Assembly (NCBI GenBank): GCA_963716725.1
Contig: CAVQUB010000005.1
Location: 640,001-704,000 of the forward strand
Direction: 5' to 3'
Source: an uncultured delta proteobacterium
GTDB taxonomy: Bacteria > Myxococcota_A > Polyangia > Polyangiales > Polyangiaceae
DNA length: 64,000 nucleotides
This document shows positions 27,182 through 36,887 of this stretch, piece after piece. The notes under the pieces were generated by a model. That model was not told where the DNA came from, searched no databases, and was given only the letters and a program-made list of their open reading frames with translations. Numbering within the stretch: position 1 is the stretch's first letter; every line of letters begins with the position of its first letter. A program made the position numbers and the translations under genes.

Positions 27182-29263
27182 CTACTGGGGCATCGGGTGG
27201 CAGAGCGCGCAGGCATCGGTGTAGGGGATCGGCATCATGTCGGACGCCTTGGTGGCGATGGCGGCCTTCTTAGGCACGTCGAAGACGTGGGACGAAATGT
27301 CGCCGTGGTAGTAGGTGGTGCCGCCGGCGGTGAGCCCAACCCTGCCGGCGCCGGACTTCGCGGTCTTCGGCATGTGGCACTGGACGCAGGTCGTATTCGG
27401 CTTCGCCACGTCGGGCACGCCGTAGAGTTTGTAGTGAGCGCGCATGCGGTCGGTGAAGGTCGCCCCCGCGGGGAAGGTCGCGCCGTGGCAGCTCATGCAG
27501 AAACCCTCGCCGGTGGCGGTGTTGTCTTCCGCGCCGCGCAGTTGGTGCTTCTGTTGAGTCTTGCCGTGGGAGTCGTGACACGACGAGCAGGTGATCAGGT
27601 GCGTGTCGTTTCGGTACTTGCCCGAGCGCAGGAAGTCAGTGACCTGTTGGTGGTGCTTCTTGGAGTGTTTGCCGTCACCCTTGACGGTGTCCCACATGCC
27701 GTCGTCGAACTTCGACACATGATTCGCCAAGAAGTCGGCGCGTGAGATGCCCGCCACCGGCATTCGGCCGCTGGCGTTCATGGGAGTCTCGGTGGCTCCG
27801 CCGCCAACACCGAGAGGCCGGCTGTGGCACTGCGTGCAGATTGCGACCTCGCGCTCGGGCGTGAGCAGGTAGGGGCTCACGATGGCGCGGCCTTGGCCGG
27901 CCCACTCCCAGTGCTCCGAGCCCGGGCCGTGGCAGGTCTCACAGCCCATGTTCAGCTGCTCGAGCTTGCCGTCCCCGTCGAAGTCCATCTCGCCCTTGTC
28001 GTCGGGCACGCCGTGGGCAGTCCAGCCGCTCGTGGCGTCGCCGGTCAGCTTGAAGCCCGTCATGTGACAGCCGGCGCAGTTGTTGTCGAAGGACTTGGTC
28101 TTGGTCGGCTCTTTGAGGGCCTTGCCCGCCTCGTCGTACCAGTTCTGCGCGTTGTAGTGCTGCCAGACCCAGCGCGACGAAGGCGAAGTCGCCTCGGCCG
28201 TGAGTCCCTCGAAGTTGTACTGGAGCGGGATGATGTACCAGCTCGCGCCGATCTTGGTCATGTAGCGCTGCTTGTAGAGCCCGCCGCCGTAGCTGATTCG
28301 CGCTTCGTAGGTCTTGGTCGCCGCGGTCCCCGCCACGTTGGTCAGGTCGACGTAGTACTTGCCTGCGCTGGAGTAGAGCTTCATCGTGAAGCTCACGCCA
28401 GTGCCCGGGTTCGTCTCCGATACCTTCCAGTCCGGGGAGGTCGCGTTGCCGTTGTAAGCGTAGACGAAGAGCATCGTCCCAGAGGCGCTGAACTTGGTGT
28501 CGATGGGCTTGGTCCACTCGGGGAAGCGGCTGTAGTCCTGCAGACCGCCCGTCTGTCCCATCACCTTCAGTCCCAGCGCGTGCAAGGTCTGCTTCTGGTG
28601 GTTCATGCCGTGACAGCTCAGGCACACGCTGGTGCCCACGTACTCGGCCTTGGCGCTGGGCTTGGTCGAGAGGTCGATGTTCCACTGCTTGCCGACGAGC
28701 GCGGTCGATGCCGACGCAGTGCGGCACATGCTGCCGCCGGGCAAGTGCGCGTCGTCCGTCTTGGCGGGCACGACCGTGACGAAGTAGCTGCCGGGCGGGA
28801 CGGTGGCGACGCGGTAGACGCCGTCGGGATCAGTGACGGCCTGCGGGTACGACGCGCCCTTGGCCGCGATGGGATCCTCGAGGGGTTCGTCGATGGCGCT
28901 CGTCTTCTCGACGGCGATGTCTTTCGGTTCGAGCAGCGCCGTGGGGATGTCGGCGCTCGGCACGAGGTACACCGTCGCGCCGACCACGGGCTTGTCGGCG
29001 GTGTCTTTCACGACGCCAACGATTCCGGTGGGCTCGAGCGCCAAGTACCCTTGCCGGGGCGGGCCCGGGGGCCCCGCCTCGCCCGCGGGTCCGGGCTCAC
29101 CGACGGAGCCGTCGGCGCCGGGCTCACCAGGCAATCCCGTCGCGCCGTCGGCGCCGTTCTTGCCCGGCTTGCCATCGGCTCCGTCGTCCCCGCCGCAACC
29201 TGAAGCAAGCGCGAACGCGCTCACTACTACCCAACCGAGATACGAAGTGCGGCGAATGGACAT
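27182..29263 (-). CDS. Octaheme c-type cytochrome lipoprotein with collagen-like linker and beta-sandwich domain
   Basis: Lipobox ASGC; G-x-y repeats; IVGVVKD...VVGATV and TDPDGVY; 8 CxxCH including YVGTSVCLSCH and GCETCHGPGSEH (c552/c554-like). Confidence 0.88.
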   Translation of the reverse strand: MSIRRTSYLGWVVVSAFALASGCGGDDGADGKPGKNGADGATGLPGEPGADGSVGEPGPAGEAGPPGPPRQGYLALEPTGIVGVVKDTADKPVVGATVYLVPSADIPTALLEPKDIAVEKTSAIDEPLEDPIAAKGASYPQAVTDPDGVYRVATVPPGSYFVTVVPAKTDDAHLPGGSMCRTASASTALVGKQWNIDLSTKPSAKAEYVGTSVCLSCHGMNHQKQTLHALGLKVMGQTGGLQDYSRFPEWTKPIDTKFSASGTMLFVYAYNGNATSPDWKVSETNPGTGVSFTMKLYSSAGKYYVDLTNVAGTAATKTYEARISYGGGLYKQRYMTKIGASWYIIPLQYNFEGLTAEATSPSSRWVWQHYNAQNWYDEAGKALKEPTKTKSFDNNCAGCHMTGFKLTGDATSGWTAHGVPDDKGEMDFDGDGKLEQLNMGCETCHGPGSEHWEWAGQGRAIVSPYLLTPEREVAICTQCHSRPLGVGGGATETPMNASGRMPVAGISRADFLANHVSKFDDGMWDTVKGDGKHSKKHHQQVTDFLRSGKYRNDTHLITCSSCHDSHGKTQQKHQLRGAEDNTATGEGFCMSCHGATFPAGATFTDRMRAHYKLYGVPDVAKPNTTCVQCHMPKTAKSGAGRVGLTAGGTTYYHGDISSHVFDVPKKAAIATKASDMMPIPYTDACALCHPMPQ

Positions 29264-29430
29264 GCGACCTCCTGAGCTCGAGCGCGTTCGAATCCGCACA
29301 GCGGACCACAAAGCGCGCACCGCGGCCCAATAGCGCGATTGTTCAGTGCTCCGTCGCGCGAAAATTGCAGCCGGCCGGGCGTCGCGCTGGCTTTGCGGCC
29401 GGCGTGGTACGCTCGGCGGCGAGGGAAATC

Positions 29431-30738
29431 ATGCAATCTCGGCTTCTTGGAGCGGCGCTGGCGTTTTCGTCCCTGGCTTGGGGCCTCGCGGGAGGGTGCT
29501 CGGCATCGAGCGGCGGCGGCGGCGGCGGCGGTGCTGGCGCCGGCGGGTCTGGCGGCACTACCGGCGGAACTGGCGGCGGAGGCATCGGCAATACCGGCGG
29601 GTTCATCGACAGCGGGCCCAGCGATGGCCCGGCCGGAGACGCCTGCGCCGAGCTACAAGTCGAGGCCAAGCAGGCCCCGCTGGCGATGCTCGTGGTGCTC
29701 GACAAGAGCACCAGCATGGCGCAGGCGGGCAAGTGGACCGCCGCGCAGCTCGCGATCGTCCAGGCCATCGACACCGCGGGCTTCGACAACCTCGCGCTGG
29801 GCATGCTGCTCTATCCCGCGGGCGACGTGCCCGGACCGGCGTGCGTCTTCGGCCTCTCGGTTTCGTGCGGGGTGTCGGCGCTGGCGCAGGTTCCCATCGC
29901 AGACACCGGCTCTGCCAAGAGCAACGCACCGGGAGTCCGCCAACAGATCTACAACTGGCTCGCGAGCAACCAACCCAATGGAACCGCGACGCCGGGCTAC
30001 GACGCGCTCAAAGCCGCGATCGCGGGCGTTGGCGCGTATTCGATGCCGGCCGGTGCGCTCCGCGTCGTGCTCTTGATCTCCGACGGCGGCTTCACCTGTA
30101 CGTCGCTTTCCAACCCGAAGCGTCCTGCCTATTTGGACTCGATCGGTTGCGAAGACTGGGAGCACCCGGACAACGTGGTGAGCATGCTCGACGCCGCCTA
30201 CAAGGATCCGACCAAGCCCACGCGCACGCTGGTGATCGGCGTGCCGGGGTCCGACACCAAGCCCACCGATTCCGAGGCCCCGCCCTATTACATGCGGCGA
30301 GCGCTCTCGGCCTTCGCCAAGGCGGGCGCACCGGACCTGGTCCCCGCCGGCTGCGATGGCACCTATCAGCAGAGCCAGGGCGATCCCGCCCTCGAATGCC
30401 ACTACGATCTCACCAAGGGGACCTTCAACGCCCAGGCCCTCGCCGACTCCATCGTCAAGATCCGTGGAGCGGTGCTCGGCTGCGTCTACCAACTTCCCGA
30501 TCCGGGCGCCGGCAAGACTCTCGACAAGAAGAAGGTCAACGTAGTGGTCACCCTCGATGGCAAGACCACGACGGTGCCGCAACGGAGCGATCCCAACGAC
30601 CACTGCCTGGGGTCGCCCTGCTGGGATTACGACGCGACCGGCCAGGTCGTGCTGATCGGTGCCGTGTGCTCGGACGTGCAGAAGTCCTCCAACGCCAAGG
30701 TGGAGATCCAGGTCGGCTGCGCGACCATCGTAAAGTGA
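29431..30738 (+). CDS. vWA-domain lipoprotein
   Basis: Lipobox AGGC; MIDAS DKSTSM, TP, LISDG. Confidence 0.85.
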   Translation: MQSRLLGAALAFSSLAWGLAGGCSASSGGGGGGGAGAGGSGGTTGGTGGGGIGNTGGFIDSGPSDGPAGDACAELQVEAKQAPLAMLVVLDKSTSMAQAGKWTAAQLAIVQAIDTAGFDNLALGMLLYPAGDVPGPACVFGLSVSCGVSALAQVPIADTGSAKSNAPGVRQQIYNWLASNQPNGTATPGYDALKAAIAGVGAYSMPAGALRVVLLISDGGFTCTSLSNPKRPAYLDSIGCEDWEHPDNVVSMLDAAYKDPTKPTRTLVIGVPGSDTKPTDSEAPPYYMRRALSAFAKAGAPDLVPAGCDGTYQQSQGDPALECHYDLTKGTFNAQALADSIVKIRGAVLGCVYQLPDPGAGKTLDKKKVNVVVTLDGKTTTVPQRSDPNDHCLGSPCWDYDATGQVVLIGAVCSDVQKSSNAKVEIQVGCATIVK

Positions 30739-30851
30739 GAGCGCCTAACCCCGGGCGCTCACGGAATATTTCCCGCGCGTCGACGAATCGCGTCCGTGGG
30801 CCCTGATCCCTGGCGCAGGGGGGGCGTCTGCCTTATCTTGCCCGCGAAACC

Positions 30852-31556
30852 ATGAATCAACAATACGCAGCCACGTTCGCCAGAGGGCGGGCCGCGGCGA
30901 ACCCCGTTGAAGCGCGCGCCAAGTTCATCGTCCGCACCTACAACCATCTCTTCGCCGCCATCCTGCTCTTCGCGGCCATCGAGGTCGGTCTGTTCATGTC
31001 GGGCCTCGCCGGCGTGATCGCGCAGGCCATGATGGGCACCAGCTGGCTCCTGGTGCTGGGCGGCTTCATGGTGGTCAGCTGGGGCGCGAGCCACGTCGCC
31101 CACCGTTCGCTGTCCAAGCCCGCGCAGTACGCGGCGCTGCTGGCGATGGTCGGCGTCCAGGCCATCATCTTCGTGCCGCTGTTGGTCATCGCCGACGCCG
31201 TGGCGCCCGGAGCCATCCAGAGCGCGGCGCTCGTGACCATGCTCGGCTTCGCAGGTCTCACCGCCGTCGCCTTCGTCACCCGCAAAGACTTCTCGTTCCT
31301 GCGCGGCCTGCTGCTCTGGGGCGGAATAGTGGCCGTGGTCGCCATCGTCGCCGGCGTGGTGTTCAGCTTCCAGCTCGGGACCTTCTTCAGCGTGTTGATG
31401 GTCGGCTTCGCCGGCGTCGCCATCCTTTACGACACCTCCAACGTCATCCACCACTTCCCCGAAGACCGCTACGTCGCCGCGGCGCTCGAACTCTTTGCGT
31501 CGGTGGCGCTGATGTTCTGGTACGTGCTCAGGATCTTCATCGCCACGCGAGACTGA
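30852..31556 (+). CDS. Bax inhibitor-1/YccA family membrane protein
   Basis: FIVRTY, KDFSFL, ILYDTS, YVAAALELF; about 7 TM helices. Confidence 0.9.
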   Translation: MNQQYAATFARGRAAANPVEARAKFIVRTYNHLFAAILLFAAIEVGLFMSGLAGVIAQAMMGTSWLLVLGGFMVVSWGASHVAHRSLSKPAQYAALLAMVGVQAIIFVPLLVIADAVAPGAIQSAALVTMLGFAGLTAVAFVTRKDFSFLRGLLLWGGIVAVVAIVAGVVFSFQLGTFFSVLMVGFAGVAILYDTSNVIHHFPEDRYVAAALELFASVALMFWYVLRIFIATRD

Positions 31557-31639
31557 GCGCTCGGGCTCTGAATCTGGACCGGGGCAAGGTCGTCGAAGCA
31601 CTGGCATCGGCTGGCCGCTTGATCGTGAAAGGGAACTTC

Positions 31640-32596
31640 ATGCGCGCTCTCGAGCTTTCGTTCATCACCGCCTTCGTTGCTCTGCTCGGCACGGCCTGCT
31701 CCGTCACCTGCATCGAGGACGCCAGCGGCACGCGCTGTTCGGCCAAGAGCCTCGTGCGCTACGATGGACCGCCCAGCGCTCCGCAGGCCTTCGATCGGGC
31801 CCCGGGCTCACCGTTGGTGGTCGATGTCCTGTACGGCAACGTCGAGCTCCAACGCAGCACCAGCGGCAAGCTCGAGGTGCAGTTCTTCCCCTTCGCCTAC
31901 GCAGGTCACGACGAGAAGGTCCTGGCCGATCAGCAGCTCGCCCAGAACCTGAGAACCTCGGCCACCGGCAACGCGGTCACGGTCGGGCGCGAGGGCGGGA
32001 GCAACGGTCTGGGTGCGAACGTGGTCGTGCGGGTTCCCGATCAGTTCGATGGACCGATCACCATCGTGAACAAGGGCGGCGGACCCATCAACAACTTCGA
32101 CGTCAAGGTCCAGGCCGTGGGCCGGGCCACCGCGCTCGCGGTCACCAACCAGTCGTCGCTGGGCGCGTGCTTCATCCAGGGCGCGCCGACTGTGCGAAGC
32201 ACCACCGTGCAATGCGGCGCCGGCGTCAGCGTGTTCGACGTCAGCGACGAGGTGAACCTCACGAACCTCGATCAGAGCCACGATGGCCCCAACCCCGCCA
32301 TCACGCTGCGGCTCGCGGCGGTGAACCCAGGCAGTCGGGGCGGTCGCGTCTCGAGCGCGTCGGGCAGCGTTGCGGTCACCTTCCCGCGGACCCTGGGATT
32401 TGTCGTCAACGCGAAATCTCCCGTCAAGGGCACGGTCAACGACGGCGCGCTGCCGCCGAGCTGTCAGCGCCAGGGCGCAGCCAATCAGAAGACCGTCGCC
32501 TGCGGCGCGGGCCCGACCTACGAGGTCGTGGCGGGCACTCAGCCCAGCAGCTTGGGCCAGCCCCGGGACCACGACGTCGTGCTCGCCGCGCAGTAG
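31640..32596 (+). CDS. Hypothetical beta-rich lipoprotein (DUF4097-like)
   Basis: Lipobox GTAC; beta-strand repeats. Confidence 0.55.
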   Translation: MRALELSFITAFVALLGTACSVTCIEDASGTRCSAKSLVRYDGPPSAPQAFDRAPGSPLVVDVLYGNVELQRSTSGKLEVQFFPFAYAGHDEKVLADQQLAQNLRTSATGNAVTVGREGGSNGLGANVVVRVPDQFDGPITIVNKGGGPINNFDVKVQAVGRATALAVTNQSSLGACFIQGAPTVRSTTVQCGAGVSVFDVSDEVNLTNLDQSHDGPNPAITLRLAAVNPGSRGGRVSSASGSVAVTFPRTLGFVVNAKSPVKGTVNDGALPPSCQRQGAANQKTVACGAGPTYEVVAGTQPSSLGQPRDHDVVLAAQ

Positions 32597-32644
32597 TCGT
32601 CAATCTCGCGCCGCCAGCCCAGCTGCGGTACGACGGGGCGGCCG

Positions 32645-34588
32645 ATGCTCGTCCTGGGCCACGCCGTCGTGCTTCTCTTGGTCGCCATCGCGGCAGTTTC
32701 CGCGTCGTCGCTGGCGCGCTGGGCCAGGGTCGAGAGCGGCGCGGAGCACCTGCTCGCCACCATGCTCGGGGGCGCGGCGCTGCTGCTGCTTGGCATCCAT
32801 GGCCTCGGCGTGGCCGGTGCGCTGTGGCCGACCACGCTCTTCGCCGCGGTCGCGGTCCTGGCGGTTGTGATCGTTGCGCTCACGCGGGACGGCGAGACCC
32901 TGGCCGGCCGCTGGCTGAGCAGCGCCCGGGCGCTCGGGCAGAGCGTTGCCCGAGTCGTGCCCCTCGCGCGCGAGCTCCGCGAGGCCGGGCCCCTCGTCGT
33001 CATGGCGGCCGCCGTGCTCGTCGCCGCCATCGCCTGGGCCACGCTGTTGACCTACCTCTGTCCCTCCGACAGCTGGGACGGGGTTTGGTACCACGACCTG
33101 ATGGTGGGCTACGCCATCCAGCAGCACGGCTACGCTCCCATCGAGCTGCCGAGCCTGGGCATCGCTCCGCTGTTTCAGCAGGCCAACGGCTACCCGCGCA
33201 ACTCGGAGATGCTCTCGCTCTTCTTCGCGATCTACACCGGCCGCACGTGGCTCGAGCTGCCCAGCGTGATCGCGGCGATCCCGCTGGCGCTCACGACCTA
33301 TCTGTTCGTGCTCCGGGTCAGCCCCTCGAGCCGGGTGGCGGCGCTGGTGTGGGCGGCGGCCATCGTGGTGCTGCCGGGGGTGAGGCTGCAAATGCGTTCG
33401 ACCTACGTCGACAACGCCTTCGCGGCCTTCAATCTGGCGGCCTTCTACTTCGCCTCCGATCCAAAGCTCTGTCGTCGGCGCGCGGTCGTGGCGGCGCTCT
33501 GCTTCGGTCTCGCGCTGGGCACCAAGGGCATGGCGTTGCTTTCGGTGCCGCCCCTGGCGTTGCTCGCGGTGCTGGTGCTCGTGGTGCGGAGCGGGCGCCG
33601 CGAGCTCGGCAAGACCCTTGGGGTCATCGCCCTCGCCGGGCTCTTGGTGGTGGCCGTGGGGGGGGTCAGCTACCTCATGAGCTACTTGCGCTACGACAAT
33701 CCCTTCTGGCCCGTCACGGTGAAGGTCGGAGGCCTGAATTTCCCCGGCGCCGTTTCGACCGTCACGGTGATGGTCAGCGAGAAGGGCGACGTCATTGCCA
33801 ACCTGTTTGCGGTGCCCGTACCCGGGCGCGACTACGTCGATACCCGCGCGAGCGGTTACGGCATCGCCACCGGTGTGCTGCTCCTGCCGCTGGCTGCTCT
33901 GGGCGCACTGACGACGCTCTGGCGTTCGGGTCTGGCATTGGTGGCCAAAGCCCGCGAGCGCCGAGCGCTGACGGACGAAGAGCGCGGCACCTTGCTGCTG
34001 GCTGCCGTCGGCGCCATCGCCGCGTTCACGCTGTGGAAGTCTCCGGCGCTCTGGGGCGCGCGCTACAACCTGCATGGAATCGCGATGCTGATGGTGTTCG
34101 CGGCAGCGGCGGGCGCTCTGACACCCAAGGCCGAACTCTCGCGAGTCGGCGCAGCGGCGGCGGTGCTGGTCGCCAACGTGCTGATGTGGTTCTGGGCGGA
34201 GCCGGGCTGGGGAGTGAAGTGGGGCGAGGCCGTGGCCCGCCTCAGGAGCACTTCGTTGGAGCGCGAAGCCGAGTCGCCGCTCTTCGTGAAGCGGACCGTC
34301 CTCGCTCGCGACAGCGAGCTGGGCCGCGGGGATCTGGTGGTATGGAGCGGCAACCTCGATTTTGCATCGGCGCTGCACAACCGCAGCTACTCGAATCGGC
34401 TGAAGTACGTGGGGCAAGCCCCGGTGGACCACGCGGAAGCGGAGGGCGCGCGCTGGCTTGCCCTGCCAGCCGCGAGCGGCGAGGCCGCCCTGGCCCGATC
34501 GCGCGGCGATCGCTGGCAGTCCGTCGGGATGCTGCACAACCATCCGCAGATGCCGACGATGGTGTTCCGGAGTCTCTCGCGGCGTTAG
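32645..34588 (+). CDS. GT-C fold membrane glycosyltransferase (PMT/ArnT-like)
   Basis: Polytopic; WDGVWYH, YPRN, YVD, GLALGTK, YDNPFWP. Confidence 0.7.
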   Translation: MLVLGHAVVLLLVAIAAVSASSLARWARVESGAEHLLATMLGGAALLLLGIHGLGVAGALWPTTLFAAVAVLAVVIVALTRDGETLAGRWLSSARALGQSVARVVPLARELREAGPLVVMAAAVLVAAIAWATLLTYLCPSDSWDGVWYHDLMVGYAIQQHGYAPIELPSLGIAPLFQQANGYPRNSEMLSLFFAIYTGRTWLELPSVIAAIPLALTTYLFVLRVSPSSRVAALVWAAAIVVLPGVRLQMRSTYVDNAFAAFNLAAFYFASDPKLCRRRAVVAALCFGLALGTKGMALLSVPPLALLAVLVLVVRSGRRELGKTLGVIALAGLLVVAVGGVSYLMSYLRYDNPFWPVTVKVGGLNFPGAVSTVTVMVSEKGDVIANLFAVPVPGRDYVDTRASGYGIATGVLLLPLAALGALTTLWRSGLALVAKARERRALTDEERGTLLLAAVGAIAAFTLWKSPALWGARYNLHGIAMLMVFAAAAGALTPKAELSRVGAAAAVLVANVLMWFWAEPGWGVKWGEAVARLRSTSLEREAESPLFVKRTVLARDSELGRGDLVVWSGNLDFASALHNRSYSNRLKYVGQAPVDHAEAEGARWLALPAASGEAALARSRGDRWQSVGMLHNHPQMPTMVFRSLSRR

Positions 34589-34621
34589 ACGTAGCGGCGC
34601 CGGCGGTGTAAGAACGCCGCG

Positions 34622-35914
34622 ATGCTTCGGTTCCCGGGCTGGAAGCGCGTCGTCCAGTCGATCCCCTTCCGGCTGCTGGTTGCGGCCCTCGTGCTCGCGG
34701 TGCACCTCGGGGCCTTCGCGCACATGGCGCAGAGTCGGTACGGCTTGCCCTTCAACTCTGCGCCCGGCGAGGCCCCCGCCCTCGAGGAAGTGACGCAGCA
34801 CCGGCCGACCAACTGGGATCGGCTGGTGGTGTCGCGCTGGGACGCGGCCCACTACATGTCCATCGCGATGCGAGGCTACTCGCAGTGCCCGTCGGGTTCG
34901 CTGGCTGGCACCGATCTGCGCCCCATCTTCACGCGCTGCGACATCACCTTCTATCCGGGGTACGGCCTGCTCGGCAAAGCCATGATGTGGGCGACTGGGT
35001 GGCCCATCGACTACTCGCTCTTCGCGGTCTCGCTGCTCTGCAGCTTCCTCTTCTTGTTCATCTGGACCGGGCGATCCGTGGTCGAGATCTTCGGTCTGCG
35101 GGTGACCTGGCTCGCCTTCCTGCTCTTCAACGCGTTCTCGACGGGCTACACGCTGGTGGCCATCCTGACCGAGCCGCCGGCGTTGCTCTTCACGCTCTGT
35201 GCGTTCTTGGCGCTGCGCCGACGCTGGTGGCTGCTGGGCGCCATCTTCGCTGGCGCCGCCACCGGCTTGAGGATCAACGCCGCGAGTACGGGCCTCGCGT
35301 TCGCGCTGACCGTCTTCGTCTCGTTGTTCGTGCTCCGCCCCAAGGGCATCTGGGACTGGTTTTCCCGCATCGTGGCCTTGCCGGTCTCGGGCTGGGGCGT
35401 GATGAGCATGATGGGCTATCACTGGTGGCGCTTCGGCGATCCGCTGCTCTACTCCAACGCGCACTCTCAGGCCTACGCGCATTCCGCGGATCCGCTGACC
35501 GCGCTCACGCCCAAGCTGCTCTGGATCTTGCGGGCCATCGACCACCCCCTGCACGAGGGCGTGGTCGTGCTGCTGGTGACCATCGGCTTTTTGCTGGGTC
35601 ACCGGCGCGCGATGCGCGGCGTGCTCTTGCCCGAGCAGGTCTTCTTCTACGCTCAAGCGGGCTTCTGCATGGCGATCAGCCTCTTGGGCTCCTCCGGCAT
35701 CGCCTTCGCCGGGCTCAATCGCTACACGCTGATGGCGCTGCTCGTGTTCTTTGCCATCGCGGCGGCGTTGCAGCGACGTCCGCTGCTGCTGGCCGTCTGG
35801 CTCGCGGCGAGCCTGTTCCACTATTGGCAGGTGGACATGTGCGACTTCATCGGCGGCGTCGGGCCCAATAGATTGGTCAAGTGCCACGTGCCGCAGTGGC
35901 TCAAGAGTTGGTGA
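34622..35914 (+). CDS. GT-C mannosyltransferase-like protein (PIG-V-like)
   Basis: RWDAAHYMSIAMRGY, FYPGY, TE, FGDPL, NRY. Confidence 0.75.
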   Translation: MLRFPGWKRVVQSIPFRLLVAALVLAVHLGAFAHMAQSRYGLPFNSAPGEAPALEEVTQHRPTNWDRLVVSRWDAAHYMSIAMRGYSQCPSGSLAGTDLRPIFTRCDITFYPGYGLLGKAMMWATGWPIDYSLFAVSLLCSFLFLFIWTGRSVVEIFGLRVTWLAFLLFNAFSTGYTLVAILTEPPALLFTLCAFLALRRRWWLLGAIFAGAATGLRINAASTGLAFALTVFVSLFVLRPKGIWDWFSRIVALPVSGWGVMSMMGYHWWRFGDPLLYSNAHSQAYAHSADPLTALTPKLLWILRAIDHPLHEGVVVLLVTIGFLLGHRRAMRGVLLPEQVFFYAQAGFCMAISLLGSSGIAFAGLNRYTLMALLVFFAIAAALQRRPLLLAVWLAASLFHYWQVDMCDFIGGVGPNRLVKCHVPQWLKSW

Positions 35915-35966
35915 CGCCGACGCTTCCAAGGCCGGGGTGAAAGTGCCAGTATCCCGGCACACACCG

Positions 35967-36753
35967 ATGCCCGCCGTGACCCAACACCTGCTGCGGCTGG
36001 CGCGCCTTCCGGCCGACTTCGTCGACATGCACTTGACCTGGCAGCGGCGAGTGCTGCCGCCCGTGGCGCCGCTGGCCCACGGCCGCCTGATCGACGTTGG
36101 CTGCGGCGAAAAGCCCTACCTGGAGCTGTTCGCGCCTTACGTCGACGAGCACGTCGGGGTCGAATACGGGACGGCGTTCGAGCTCACCGACGCCGCGCAT
36201 CGTGAGAGAAAACCCGATCTCTACTACGACGGCGTGACGCTGCCCTTTCCCGACGCGAGCTTCGACACGGCCATCAACATCGACGTGCTGGAGCACACCG
36301 AGGACCCGGCGACGGTGGTGAAGGAGATCGGTCGAGTGCTGAAGGGTGGGGGGAGTCTTGATCATGACCGCGCCCTTCTCGTTTCGCATTCACGAAGCGC
36401 CCCACGACTACTTCCGATTCTCCCCCCACGGGCTCCGACTGCTGTGTGAACGAGCGGGTTTCGAGATCGAGACCATGCAGCCCTACGGCTCGCTCCCGAG
36501 CCTGATCGCGCACAAGGTCAACAGCTACCTCGCTTTCCGAGTGGCGCGCCTCCAGGCCCTGGGCCAGCTGGTCGGCAAGTTGCCCCACGAAGCCACCACC
36601 CGCTCGGGACCCAACCTGGCGGCGCTGCCCCTGGTCGTACCCGCGATGCTCCTGACCGCCGCCACCGCCCGCGTGCTCGAGCACGTCGTGAAGGATCCCA
36701 CCGAGAGCTTGGGCTACCTGGTGGTGGCGCGGCGCCGCTCGACCGCAGGCTGA
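35967..36753 (+). pseudogene. Class I SAM-dependent methyltransferase, frameshifted at a G run (possibly a sequencing error)
   Basis: LIDVGCG, LPFPDASFD, VLEH, RVLKGG in one frame; GGVLIMTAPF..HEAPHDYFRF in another after G6 at 36348-36353. Confidence 0.8.
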
Positions 36754-36763
36754 GCCCCGACTC

Positions 36764-36887
36764 AAGAGCTGTCGAAATTCGACAGCTCTTTCACTTTGTC
36801 ATCGGGGAGGCACGCGCCTCCCCGCCCCACCGAAGTGAATTCGTTGGGGCCCCACCCCACGCGACGCGCTTCGCGATACCCGACGGG
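36764..36887. repeat. Intergenic palindrome/multi-hairpin (REP-like) element, left part; continues at 38355-38381
   Basis: Perfect 13-bp-arm palindrome aagagctgtcgaa-a-ttcgacagctctt (36764-36790); ggggaggc..gcctcccc; gccccaccgaa..ttcgttggggc; cccacccc...ggggtggg closes only across the IS. Confidence 0.7.

Noticed and set aside
32600..36028. 1142-aa minus-strand ORF
   Set aside because: Antisense shadow of the two GT-C genes; no motifs; long stop-free shadows are expected at this GC content.
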